A stretch of 64,000 nucleotides of DNA, from the NCBI RefSeq assembly GCF_009914755.1, contig NC_060940.1; one strand, 5' to 3'. The translations under genes were made by a program, and so were the position numbers. This DNA comes from the human T2T-CHM13v2.0 reference genome, Homo sapiens. This document shows positions 42,914-59,899 of this stretch, piece after piece. Each line of letters begins with the position of its first letter. Within the stretch, counting starts at the first letter, position 1. The notes beneath the pieces were generated by a model, which worked only from the letters and a program-made list of their open reading frames with translations, was not told the origin of the DNA and ran no database searches.

Positions 42914-44364
42914 CTGAGATTACATTTTTATCTTTGAAGTTGCAATAGCAGAATTTTAATTCCACTTAATGGAGAAAGTTCCTAACTTTCAAGTAGATTC
43001 TCCTTGTTTATATCCTACCAGTTAGTTGAAGGTTTTTAATATTCCAGTTTCAAACTAGATATTTAAACTATTGTAATGAGAAAATAACTCAGACTTATAA
43101 TTTTAATACTTTAGCTTGGATTGGCTAATACTTTTAGTTCTCTATACTGTACTAGATGTTTCATGACGAAGAGATGGGTTGACACAAACACTGAGCTTTG
43201 GTTTTTCTCTCTCCTGCTGATTGAGGTTAGGGAACCTTAACATGAGAAAATAGGTTTTCAGATGATAAGTGTATTAGGGACCTTGACACTGAAGCCTGGT
43301 TAAAAGTTAGAGTTCAATATCCTTATTTTTCAAAACTGGGTTTTATCACAGCTAAACACCAGCCACGGGACTTACAAATTGTATGGCTATGACAGCATAT
43401 GACAGCTGCAGCAAATTACAGAGCCTCATCCTGACCTTAGTTTTTTAATAAACATTACCATAAAAAGAAGAAAACATCTTTCTTTCAGATAGGAAAAATA
43501 GATATCTAAGCAACAGTGCAGATCATGAGTTATTGTTTTAGGCTGGACATTAACAGGAGCAGAAACAAATAATGACATCTGCCAGGAGAATATTCTAAAA
43601 CCTTGTACAATGTCTTCCATAGCCAGGGAAGAGAAGGAGAACATGAACTTCTCCAAATACAAAGAAATTTTCTTATACATTTGACGCCTCAAGAAGCCTT
43701 CTGATTTTGACAAATACATGACACATTATAATTAGGTATCACAATGTTTGGATATTCATGGAAGCAGAGTAACTTATTCCTCCTACAAAATGAATGCGTT
43801 CTTCAAAGGATGAATATACACAGTTTTAATATGTATCACAGCAGAGAACTGAAATAAGTACTTATATTAGGTGAAAATGATGAAACCTGAAACATGTGAA
43901 ATATAAAAAGAATCCTCAGGAAAATAAATGCATATTTAAAAACAAATGAAGACATTATGAAGTGTACTATTTAAGTCTGTATTTTCTGCCAATTTCACCT
44001 TCTTGTTTGTGCAGCATATTATCAGCAATACCTTTTTCCTCTTATTTAAAATGAACTAAATGCCCACTCAAACAATACTAACACATAAAGATATGCATTT
44101 CCTTATATATGCGTGCACAAATATGCTTTGAACATTAAAGAAGTAAAAGATATTCAGATAAATAAAGTATGACAGGAACTATTTCAGAGCCTTTTACAGT
44201 GTTGCTAACAGAGAAATACCTTATTTCCCAATGAAGAAATGGCTTTTAGGTTTATAAACAACCACAACAGTATTGCCAAATCTAAAATAATTAACAATTC
44301 CATAATATCATAAAATATGCAGTAAATATCCCAAATCTCCAAATGTATCCTTTGTTTCCTTTTA

Positions 44365-46100
44365 AATAAACTTTATTTTTTAGAGCAGTTTTAGGTTCAC
44401 TGCAAAGTTAAGCAGAAACTACTGGAAGTACCTATGTAACCCCTGCCTCTACACTGCACAGCCTCCTTCACTATCAACATCTTGCAACAACAGAGTGGTA
44501 CATTTTTTACAACCGATGAACTTACTGTAAGTCCATAATGATCACATTAAGTCCATAGTTCACATTAGGGTTTACTTTTGGTGTTGTACATTCTGTGAGT
44601 TTTGACAAATACATAATGACCTGTATCTACCATTATAGTGTCATAGAGAATAGTTTCACTGACCTAAAAATCTTCTGGGTTCTGCCTATTCATCCCTCCC
44701 TCCTTCCAACCCCTGTCAACCATTGATCTTTTATTGTTTCCATAGTTTTGCCATTTCCAGAATGTTATACAGTTGAAATCATATGGTATGTAGCCTTTTC
44801 AAATTGGTTTCCTTCATTTAGTAATATGCATTTAAGGTTCCTCCATGTCTTTTCATGTTTTAATAGTTCATTTCTTTTTAGTGCTGAATAATATTTCATT
44901 GTCTAGATGTACCATAGTTTTATTTATTCATTCACCCACTGAAGACCATCCTTGTTGCTTCCAGGTTTTTGCAGTTATGAATAAAGCACCTATAGACATC
45001 CATGTGCAGGATTTGTGTGTACAAAAGTTTTCAACTTTGAGTAAAAACTAAGCAGTGCAGTTGCCGGATCATATAGTAAGAGTACATTTAGTTTTGCAAG
45101 AGACTACCAAACTGTCTTCCAAAGTGGCTGTATCATTTTGCATTCCTACCAGCAGTGTGTGAGAATTCCTGTTCTGCATCCTGGCCAGCATTTGATGTTG
45201 TCAGGGTTCTGGATTTTGGCCATTCTAATAGGCGTGTAGAGATAGCTCACTGCGGTTTTAATTTGCATTCTTCTAATGACATATGATGTGGAACATCTTT
45301 TCACATGTTTATTTGCTATTGGTATATCTTTGTTGGTATGGTGTCTGTTCAGGTCTTTTGTCTATTTTTTTATTGTGTGGGTCCTTTTCTTATTGTTGAG
45401 TTTTAATAATTCTTTGTATATATTGACTAACAGTTCTTTATCAGATAAGTCTTTTGCAAATATTTTCTCCTAGCCTATGGCTTGTCTTTTCATTCTCTTG
45501 ATATCATCTTTTGTAGAATACAAGTTTTTAATTTTAATAGAGTTCAGCGTATCAGTTTTTCAGTTTTTTTTTTTTTCATGGATTTTGCCTTTTGTGTTGT
45601 ATTTAAGAAGTCATTGCCATACCCAAGGTCATCTATACTTTTTCCTATGTTATTTTTAGGAATTTTATACTTTGGTAGTTTTACATTTAGGGCTATGATC
45701 CATTTTGAGTTAAGTTTTGTGAAGAGTGTAGTCTGAGTCTACATTCATTATTTTGCATGTGGATTTCCAGTCACTCTAGGACCATTTGTTGAAAGACTAT
45801 CTTTTCTCTGTTGTAGTGCCTTTATTCTTTTGTCAAAGACCAGTTAACTGTATTTATTTGGGCCTATTTCTGGGCTGTCTATTCTGCTCCATTGATCTGT
45901 TTGTGTTTTCTTTTACCAATGTCCCACTGTCTTGATTACAGTACCTTTATAGTAAGTCTTGAAGTCAGGTAGTGTCAGTCCTCTAATTTTGTTCTTCTTA
46001 AATACTGTGTTGGCTATACTGGGTCTTTTGCCTTTCCATATAAACTTTAGATTCAGTTTGCTGGTACCCACACACACAAATGCTGGAATTATGATTGGGC
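44365..46100 (-). mobile_element. L1MC1/L1MB-type 3' portion
   Basis: ttttagagcagttttaggttcac 3' end running into ORF2. Confidence 0.8.
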
Positions 46101-46414
46101 TAAGTGTGTCATTTTAAAGCTGTCTGCATTGAGAGCTAAATAAGGTTCAAGTATTGCAAATTGTTTAAATATCTTTAAGCCTCTTTTAATCTATAAAATC
46201 TGTCTCCATGTTTCTTTTCTGTGCAATTTGCTTATGGAAAGAGACTGTCATTTATCCTGTAGAATTTTTCATAGTCTTGATTTTGAGTAGTGCCTTTTTC
46301 TGGTGATATTTAATATGTTTCCATGTTGTCTGCATTTCTTATAAATTGGAAATTAAATCTACAGGTGTGATCTGATTTCAGTTAGTAAATTTGGGGCATT
46401 ACTTCATAGATGGC

Positions 46415-46842
46415 TGCCTAAGTCTGTTTTGTGTTGCTATAAAAGAATACCTGAGACTGGGTCATTTACAAACAAAAGAGGTTTATTTAGTTCCTGGTTT
46501 TGCAGGCTGAGAAGTTTAAGGGCATGTCCCTGGCTCCTGGTGAGGGTTTTTGTGCTACATTACAACATGGCAGAGAATGTCAAGGTGAAAGCAGACACAC
46601 ACAAAGAGGGGAAAACCTGAGAGGCATCCTGGCTTTATAACAACCCACTCTTTCAGGAACTAATCCATTCTCCTGAGAATTCACTCACTCCTGCAATAAC
46701 ACCACCACATCATGTAAGAGGGATCTGTGCTTACAACCCAAACACCTCCCACTAGGCCCTACTTCACAACACTGCCACATTGGGGATCAAATTTCAACAT
46801 GAGTTTTGGTGGAGACAAACAAGCCATATCCAAATCATAGCA
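46415..46842 (-). mobile_element. MSTB/C-type solo LTR
   Basis: tgcctaagtctgttttgtgttgctataaaagaatacctgagactggg...caaatcatagca; perfect TSD atggc. Confidence 0.88.
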
Positions 46843-46994
46843 ATGGCCTTGTGTACTTCTATTAGAAGGTACTCAGTATCCATCTTTCTCTTGGATGTTA
46901 GCAGCTATATACAAAACAGTGATATTCTGATTCTGTTATTCCTTCTTCAATTATTAACTAGAATATTTCTTTAAAAAGAGATCCTCTCTTGTCA

Positions 46995-47636
46995 GCTACA
47001 GTAACCAAAACAGCATGGTACTGGTACCAAAACAGAGATATAGACCAATGGAACAGAACAGAGGCCTCAGAAATAACACTACACATCTACCTCCATCTGA
47101 TCTTTGACAAACCTGACAAAAACAAGCAATGGGGAAAGAATTCCTTGTTTAATAAGTGGTGTTGGGAAAACCGGCTAGCCATATGCAGAAAACTGAAACT
47201 GGACCCCTTCCTTACACCTTATACAAAAATTAACTCAAGATGGATTAAAGACTTAAACGTAAGACCTAAAACCGTAAAAACCCTAGAAGAAAACCTAGGC
47301 AATACCATTCACGACATAGGCACGGGCAAAGACTTCATGACACCAAAAGCAATGGCAACAAAAACCAAAATTGACAAATGGGATCTAATTAAACTAAAGA
47401 GCTTCTGCACAGCAAAAGAAACTACCATCAGAGTGAACAGACAACCTACAGAATGGGAGAAAATTTTTGCAATCTACCCATCTGACAAAGGGCTAATATC
47501 CAGAATCTACAAAGAACTTAAACAAATTTACAAGAAAAAAACCAAACAACCCCATCAAAAAGTGGGTGAAGGATATGAACAGACAGTTCTCAAAAGAAGA
47601 CATTTATGCAGCCAACAAACATATGTAAAAAAGCTC
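46995..47636 (+). mobile_element. Internal L1PA ORF2 fragment (no 3'UTR or poly-A) with TSD
   Basis: ORF 46989-47759 [20 protein letters not shown]... is L1 ORF2p C-terminal region; flanked by ctcttgtca repeats. Confidence 0.93.
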
Positions 47637-47769
47637 TTGTCAACTATTTGGTTGCTCAAACATGTGTCTTATATAGAAAAACTTGATTTTTATTTTTACT
47701 ATCATAAGAAAGAGTTGGTTCCTTGGCATCCTTCAAAGGGCCAGTTTCTTAAGAGATAGTTGATCCATC

Positions 47770-48576
47770 ACTAATCATGGAAATATCTTCGACTTCATTA
47801 GTGGGTATTATAAATAACTTTTGGCAACAAATTTTAGAATTCAAGTGAAGTGAATGTTCTAAAATTTTCCTAGAAAAATAAAATTTATAAAGCTAAAACA
47901 AGAACAAAAAGGAAATACAAACGTCCTGTAATTGTTAGAGAAATTAAAACTCTAAGTAAAATCTTTGACCAAAAAAAAAAAAAAAAGAAATCTTCATTCT
48001 GATGGATGCAGTGGCTCACGCCTGTAATCTCAACACTTTGGGAAGCCAAGGTGGCGGGGATTGTTTGAGCCCAGGAGTTTGAGACCAGCCCTGGCAACAT
48101 AGCAATATCCTTTCTCTACAAAAAATAAAATAATTATTCAGGTGTGGTGGTGTGCACCTGTAGTCCCAGCTGCTTGGGAGGCCGAGGTGGGAAGATCATT
48201 TGAGCCCAGTAAGCTGAGGCTGCAGTGAGCCTTGTTTGTACCACTGCACTCCAGCATGGGTGACACAACAAGACCCTGTCTCAAAAACAGCAAAACAAAA
48301 CTTTATTCCCATATAGTTTTTCCAGTGAGCTTTTACAGGCATTTTAATGTAGAAATATTGCAATTCCTATGCCAATTATTCCATTAAAGAGAAAAAGAGA
48401 AAATACTCCTAATTAATTTATGAGTTTAGTATATCCTTGATACCCAAATCTGACAAGAACATTACAAGAAGGCAAATTACAGACCAATATATTCATGACA
48501 ATAAATGTAAAATTCTAAATAAAATATTTGTAAATCAAATAAATCAAATCCATCAAATACATACATCAAATAAATC

Positions 48577-48616
<40 letters not shown>

Positions 48617-49140
48617 CACGATATTTAACATATCATGAAAAAGTGAGGTTCATTCTAGGAATGCAAAGTTGATTTAGCATTCTTAAATCAATAAATACAA
48701 TTCAAACATTAACAGGATAAATTAGAAATGTCAAATTTTTACTTCAATGGATGAATAAAAATCATTTGATAGTTCCCTAGTCTTTTATGTTTAGAACATT
48801 TAGCATACTATCAATAGAAGGAAACTTCCTTAATAAGATAGAATCTACAAAATTCTAAATAACCATTAATGTTCAAACACTGAATGCTTTTATTCTGAGA
48901 AAGAGAATAAAACAAGAAGGTCTGTTCTCATTACTCATTACTTCTATTCATTGTGGTACTGGAGGGCTGAACTAATTCAATAATGCAGAAAATAAAGTGA
49001 ACAGAATCAGGACAATGAGGAGAAAAACTGTCATCACTCATTGTAAATACGAATGCATCCATAGATATTATTTTAAAAATCTAAGCATAGAAAATTAGAA
49101 TACACTTGTATTTAATATATTAAAAATTAATGTAAAATAA
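47770..49140 (+). mobile_element. Old L1M ORF2 fragment, split by AluJ and (TG)n (48580-48614)
   Basis: IPKSDKNITR..., ctaggaatgcaaagttgattt, cttctattcattgtggtactggagg. Confidence 0.7.
48000..48300 (+). mobile_element. AluJ
   Basis: ttgagcccaggagtttgagaccagcc, gaggctgcagtgagcc, agaccctgtctc. Confidence 0.9.
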
Positions 49141-51492
49141 TTTTATTTGATATTTTACGAGCCTGTAAAGAAGGTAAATAAACACTTTTCTTACAGTCTT
49201 TGTATTCTTTTAATACAGTTGGAAAATCTGTGGGTTTTTGTTCTCAACTCAGAATCACACATCAATATGTTCTCCCTGTATATCTCAAATGATTTTGTAA
49301 TATTTCATTTAACAGATGCAGAAACAAAATTTACCCATTCCTTCTAAGGATTACAATTAGGTTTTATGCAGACTAGAAATGACCTGCCATAAACAGAGCT
49401 CAAAATGATGAAAGTTAGTGCAACGTGGTGCACGGATAAAAGAACAAATAACATTTGTCTATCTTCAAGAACAGTGCTTGCTTCTGAAATTAAACCCAGC
49501 AGGTAGGAAGATTCTAAACAGACTTCAAATTGTTGAACATCTGCTCACCCTAGCACAATCTAAAACAGCAAATGCGAAACACTTTACAATCCTAAAATTC
49601 ATACAATCTAGTTGAAATTATTACACTATTAAATTTTTTGGGAGCCATTGCAAACAGACCTGGAAACATTTATAGTTTCAAGTCATAAAATACTATTAAA
49701 CTGACCCGAGCAGCTCTTTCATTAGGTTAAAAATAGTTGAATATCTTTTCTTAATTTAGATGTATATAATTTCTTAAAGTTTCTCGAAATGTAAAACTAA
49801 TAAACCTTAGGGTCAGCTATATTTAAGGGAGATGGAAATTTAGATTTCAGCTTTAAGATGAAGCTGCTTAATTTTCTTCTTTCATATCCTTGTGGTGCTA
49901 TAACATGCCCTGGCTTGCTGTAGATAAAAGACAACCCAGTTAACTTTTGGGGTGACAAAAATACCTAAGAAATTATCCTACTTAATAATACAATAGTTAT
50001 TGAAAAGAAGCTTTGGTACTTCTAGTCCTGATATCACAACTTGCAGCCATTGCAGAATTTGAATGTTCCCCTCTGTAGAAGGACCTTATCCATTCTGATT
50101 TGCCCAGGTTGCAGTTTATACTTCTGGAACCTGCAAACTACCTGGCTTAGAGACTCTAAAGCACATTGGGTGAGCACCTGCCACAGAGGGCTCAAGAGTT
50201 TCATATTTCACAGCTGATTTCATTGCCTCCGTTCATCTTCTATGCAGAAAAAAATCATAAGTCACACTTCAGCTCTCAGGTCAGTCATCTTCCTAGTCAC
50301 AAACGAAACATGTTACTCATTGTATGACACTCTGCGAGACAAAAGTGTAATGATGAATGGATCAGTGGTTGCCAGAGTTTGAGGGGAGGAGCGTGTGACT
50401 CCAAAGGAACATGACAGAGATTTTTTCTGGGGTGATAGACTTGTCTGTAACCTGATCATCACGGTGGTTACATGAATCTATGCATGTGTTAACTTTCATA
50501 GACATGTACGCAAAGAATTCCATTTTACTATATGAAAATTTAAATAAAATAAAATAAATCATCCCGAAGGAAAATTCAGAGTGTCATTATTTGTAGAGAG
50601 AGTTTCTATGGCTGACCCCAGCTCCACTCCCACACAATCCAGTTAAGTAAAAAGTTTTCTAAGCAGAGGCTTTTGATGCTCCTATGTGTCTTAAACAGGG
50701 TTATTTAAAAGCGTGTTAAGGCAATTATCCCCTGTTGATGCCTAAGGAGAAGAAAAAAGCTGCTTTTTAAAAAGCTTTTAAACAACACTTAAAGCAATAA
50801 ACAGCCTTTGAAAAAGCTATTTTTTTTTCATAAAACACCTTCTCCCCCCACCACAAGTGGTGCTTTTGTTGGTGCCTACAGAGATTGCAAGGGAAAGCAA
50901 TACTGCCAAAAATTCTTTGCTTTAATGTAAAATTGATTTGAGATTGTCCTCCCCCCTCCCCTTTTTCTAATCATAGTAATGTGAAGATCGCATGTCTGTA
51001 TTGCTATTCAGCGAGTATCAGAACAAAGAAAAGTCTTGCCCTTGATTGCACAGCAATATAGTAAAGGCAATTTAAGGATCATGTGACTACTTTTTGTTGC
51101 ATTGTGTCTTTTATATTTGTTTGTTACCTCAAATTTTATTCAAGAGTTGAGAGTTATCAGATGATAGAAAAGTGGAGATAAGTTGAAGCAGAAATGTGAT
51201 TCTATAATTTGTCCAAGAGAAGAATATCATAAGCTTATTAAATTCCAAGAGTTATGTCTCTGAATAATTAATTCATAAAAATATAATGTGTATGAGAATT
51301 TTTATGACCAAACTGTATGCGTGACTATAAAAACTTGAAGTAGAATCAACAAACAGAGTATCATGGAACTTGTATTAGGAATTCCAACAAATTTTTTTTG
51401 CCCTCAACCTTTCATCTTCATGGAGTCAAAAGAAAGTGATTAACTTTCTTGCTCATACGACAGCTAAATTGTAAAGAGTGGTATCTTTGTTT

Positions 51493-51589
51493 TTTTTTTC
51501 TTTATTTTATTATTATTATACTTTGAGTTTTAGGGTACATGTGCACAATGTGCAGGTTAGTTACATATGTATACATGTGCCATGCTGGT
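51493..51589 (-). mobile_element. Very short young L1PA (L1PA2/3-like) 3' end
   Basis: gtgcacaatgtgcaggttagttacatatg...catgctgg; perfect 15-bp TSD gtggtatctttgttt (51478-51492 / 51590-51604). Confidence 0.93.
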
Positions 51590-52128
51590 GTGGTATCTTT
51601 GTTTGCATGTAAATTTTTTCTGGTGAAACGAATATCTGAGTTTCCTTTAGCTGAAATAATCGATTTCCTAGCTAGAAACACAGATGCTTTCTTCTGACTT
51701 TGCTTTGAACTTGCTCCTTCAAGATGATTTGTTTCAGAACAAGTACAATGAACTGTGCAGAATTACACATGGTCCAAGCTCTTCTTGGCTTGTACCTTTC
51801 ATGGGTGGGGATGTTAAGGTGCCATAGTCCAAATTTTTCAGTGCTTTTATTTACACTAAGTCCCCTTATAATATGAGTCTGAGAATTGAAAATTTAATGC
51901 AATGCAACTTAGCCTTAAGTCCAAATGAGAGTATCATCACTCTTTAATTCTGCTTCTGAATTTCCCTGGGCAGTTCATTAAAATATTTCTGTTAACACAT
52001 TGAATAACCTGCCTCGGAATATTGCTTTCACATTTATTTAAAGTCATAATTGGGTTACTGCTTCTTCCCAATGCTGAATGCTTTTTGAAAATAAAATAAT
52101 GACATATGCTGTTCCAAGAAAACATTTT

Positions 52129-52133
52129 CATAC

Positions 52134-52188
<55 letters not shown>
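52129..52188. repeat. (CATA)n(TA)n compound microsatellite
   Basis: catacatacatacatacatatatatata... Confidence 0.95.
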
Positions 52189-52191
<3 letters not shown>

Positions 52192-52339
52192 GTGTGATAA
52201 TTTGTGACACGAACACATAATTGACATCTGTGAGACAAAAGGACCTGCTAGGTAAAGTTGAAACAAAAGGGATTTGAAAAAATACCTGACTTTTATTATA
52301 AGCATTGTGATTTTGCCTGAATTAATTAATGTATTTGAG

Positions 52340-52470
52340 GCATAATTTTCTCTCAATAAAATTAGATAATAATAACTCTCTCTTAAATTTGCTGTGAAGG
52401 TGAAATAAAAAGTGTCTACATTTTTAAAAGGTCTAGGATAGTTCCTGGCACATAATAAGCACCCAGTAAA
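52340..52470 (+). mobile_element. MIR fragment
   Basis: taaaattagataataataac...gctgtgaaggtgaaat...cctggcacataataagcac. Confidence 0.65.
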
Positions 52471-53287
52471 AGTGACTTCCTTCTCCTTGTCTTTTGCTAT
52501 CTGAAACCATATTTCTCTAACTTAAAATCCATAGAACCTTTCGTTTTGTGAGCTCTGCAGGAACACAACATATAACTAATGAAATCCGTGAGTTTTCACT
52601 GGAGAAGAATTTACAGTCCAGGAGTTGGGGTCCTGGAGTCTTAGGTGTACTTTTTTACCCACTGACTTATACCCTCTTGCCAACTCTTAGATGCCCTCTC
52701 CCATCTTCATCCCCACCATGACAGCTCTGAAAGCTCTGTCTTGGTTCTCTAGGATTCTATCCAAGAAACATGATTTTAAAACGCCAACACCAAAGTTGAG
52801 AAAGACTCCCTTCTTAGATTTAGTAACCACAAGTATTTATATACAATAATATTCACCACCAATGTATTGAACAAAATCGATTTGGTTAAAGTGGAAAATC
52901 ATAAAAATTATCACTCCTATGAATTTTATGTTTAATGTTCACTCAACATGTGAATGCGCATTATTTCTTGGTACGTCTTTTGATATGAAACCAATTTTTT
53001 AAAAGGGCAATGTTTAATTGCAGTTCTTAGGAAAAATATGCTTATAACTCTGTCATCTAGGATAACTAGCTTGGCATTTTTTTTAAGTGTACAGTTCAGT
53101 AGCGTTAGGTGTATTCACATTATTGTGAAAGAGATCTCCAGAAATTTTTCATCTGGTAAATCTCAAGCTATATTCCCATTAAACAACAGTCCCCCTTTCC
53201 ACCACTTCCCTCCATGGCTTTTTGTGTGTGTGTGAGTGTGTGTGTAAAGTACGATTAAAAAACCTGTGTAGCCATCTAGGAGCAAGG

Positions 53288-53596
53288 TTTTGTTTGTTTG
53301 TTTCTTTTTTGAGATGGGGTCTTGCTCTGTCATTCAGGCTGGAGTTCAGTGGCATAATCATAGCTCACTGCAGCTTTGAACTCCCGTGCTCAAGTGATCT
53401 TCCTGCCTCAGGCTCCAAAGTACCTGGGACTACAGGTGTGCACTGTTGTGCCCTGCTACTATTTATTTTTCAGGTTTTGTGGAGATGGAGTTTCACTATG
53501 TTACCCAGGCTGGTCTCAAAGTCCTGACCTCAAGTGATCCTCCTGCCTCTGCCTCCCAAAGTGCTGAGATTACAGGTGTGAGCACCTGCACCTGGC
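53288..53596 (-). mobile_element. AluJ
   Basis: atcatagctcactgcagc, tatgttacccaggctggtctc. Confidence 0.9.
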
Positions 53597-53949
53597 AAAA
53601 TCTTTTTAATTATGTTCCTAAGCTTTTCCTGGACTCTCATTCATGTCTAATTCAAAAGCATGTTTAAATTATGTACCTTTCCAAAGCATTCAAATTAATT
53701 TTCTTAGAAGAAACAATTATTGTCTTTCCCTCATATTTATTATTTTTATTATAATTGAATTAAACTTCATAGACATATTAAGCACAATTAGCTTAAAACA
53801 TAAGAAACAGCCTCACGCATTCTTAGTAAGCATGCACCTGATTGGAGAATCAGAGACAAGCGCTCTAACGAATGGTCTACAAGACATGAACATTCATGTT
53901 ACAAACATTGACAAGTATGATTAGCAAAAAGAATAAAGTGCACTGATGA

Positions 53950-54200
53950 ACAGGAGCAGTGGCTCATGCTCACTTACAAAGTGAGTAATCCCCTCACTTT
54001 GGGAGGCTGGGGTGGGTGGATAGCTTGAGGCCAGGAGTTTGAGACCAGCCTAGCCATTATAGCAAAACCCATCTACTAAAATTACAAAAAATTAGCTGGA
54101 CATGGTGGCTCATGCCTGTAATCCCAACTACTCAGGGGGCTGAGGCAGGAGAATCACTTGAACGCTGATGGTGGAGGTTGCAGTGAGGCGAGATCACAAC
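53950..54200 (+). mobile_element. Alu (J/S), 3'-truncated, with a small internal rearrangement
   Basis: cagtggctcatg...ttgaggccaggagtttgagacc...gcagtgaggcgagatcac, then stops with no tail. Confidence 0.88.
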
Positions 54201-55145
54201 TAGAGAAGCCAAGTAAATATATTCATAGATAGCATGTGGCTGTAAGCAACATATCTTCCTTTCCTTAACTGAGATGCAAGAAGTGTCTATATATATTTTT
54301 TAAAAATTTTAGAATAAATTCCATTTACTCTCAGCCTAAAGTATTGGGAGAATGAGTATGTCAAATGGAAATGGAAGAAATTTTAAAAACCATGAAGCAT
54401 TTTTCAGTTTAAGAGAGAAAAATAACATCTAATCAAGAATTACAAATCGTGGAAGTATTTAGACTTTTAGACAGAGATTTGGGGGTTTCTATAGTCTGAA
54501 GCCCAAATTGGCAGTTATGAAATGTTGCAGAGCTCTGTGATAGTGAAATTGACATAGAATTTATCAATTTACTGCTGGTAAGATAGAACAGCCCACCTCT
54601 TCACCTTGGAATGGTAATGAAAAATTCCCATCTCATTCTTTCATACCTGTATTCTTCACTCACAGTGGTTTGTAATGAGGTATAACTTGGCTGAAAATCT
54701 TTATCATCTTCTGATTTTGAGGGCCTGGGATCTGATCCGAGTCTTTGCCATATTGCCATTTTCTTTTCCATTTGCTTTCTAGCCTCTCTGTTTAATTCTT
54801 AGAATACTTTTTATCATAATCTGTCAAACTCCATCTTTAAAATGTGGAAGTCCAGGATAGACATTACAAATCTGGGCTTGTTTTTCTTCTATCAGTTTTT
54901 AGTCATGTCTGTCTGTTTTTTATTTTTATATATTTTTTATTTTTTAAATTATACTTTAAGTTTTAGGGTACATGTGCACAATGTGCAGGTTTGTTACGTA
55001 TGTATACATGTGCCATGTTGGTGTGCTGCACCCATTAACTTGTCATTTAACATTAGGTATATCTCCTAATGCTATCCCTCCCCCCTCCCCCCACCCCACA
55101 ACAGGCCCCGGTGTGTGATGTTCCCCTTCCGGTGTCCATGTTTTC

Positions 55146-58935
<3,790 letters not shown>

Positions 58936-58998
58936 TATGATGTTAGCTGTTTATTTTGCTCATTAGTTGATGCAGTTTCTTCCTAGCCTTGATGGTCT

Positions 58999-59328
58999 TT
59001 ACAATTTGGCATGTTTTTGGAGTGGCTGGTACCGGTTGTTCCTTTCCATGTTTAGTGCTTCCTTCAGGAGCTCTCTTAGGGCAGGCCTGGTGGTGACAGA
59101 ATCTCTCAGCATTTGCTTGTCTGTAAAGGATTTTATTTCTCCTTCACTTATGAAGCTTAGTTTGGCTGGATATGAAATTCTGGGTTGAAAATTCTTTTCT
59201 TTAAGAATGTTGAATATTGGTCCCCTCTCTCTTCTGGCTTGTAGAGTTTCTGTGGAGAGGTCAGCTGTTAGTCTGATGGGCTTCCCTTTGTGGGTAACCT
59301 GACCTTTCTCTCTGGCTGCCCTTAACAT
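58999..59328 (-). pseudogene. ORF1: L1 ORF1p C-terminal remnant
   Basis: MLRAAREKGQVTHKGKPIRLTADLS...YQPLQKHAKL. Confidence 0.93.
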
Positions 59329-59899
59329 TCTTTCTTTGTAGCTTACAGTCTATGAAAGTATCTGACTTACGTTATTCAGTTCTAGTTTCTTTTCCTCCAA
59401 GTTCTTTTTTTTTTTTCCCTTGGAAGAGTTGAATTGCATATTCACTCGCATATGTGAGAAAATGGAGAATTCTAACTTTTATGTCATTCTTTCAGGTTAT
59501 TCTTGAGGTGAGTTATATGGCCTTCAACCTGCTCATACAAAGTTATAGCACAGAAATAATGTCTATGAATTCTGGGAAGAAAGCAAGCAATCAGGCGCCT
59601 CCAATTACCCTGTCATCCTTAAACACACGTTTGGTATTTCAGCTAAAAAGCAAACTGTGTAAGACATAATTTTAACATCTCAGCCATTGATGGGAGAATG
59701 TTTTGTAAGCCCACCTACTAAAACAGGATCTTCTTTCTAGATTCTGGTTCAATAAATTGCTGAACAAGTGAAATGCATACTCTTCCACTTTTCCAGACTT
59801 GCTTCCTCAAACAGTCATATTGTGCCATTAGCAAATTGTTTCTGGTTTCTGCATCTATCATTTAGTTAGCTCATGAGACTGCTGTTTGGTCAGACTTGA

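Noticed and set aside
49315-49502. Possible + strand exon (taacag|...cag|gtagga)
   Set aside because: Poor polypyrimidine tract; signals at background level.
51937-52356. 139-aa ORF
   Set aside because: It reads through a (TA)n microsatellite (YIYIYI), has a non-ATG start and no recognisable homology.
55075-55100. G-quadruplex-forming tract
   Set aside because: It is the standard L1PA 3'UTR G-rich tract, not specific to this locus.
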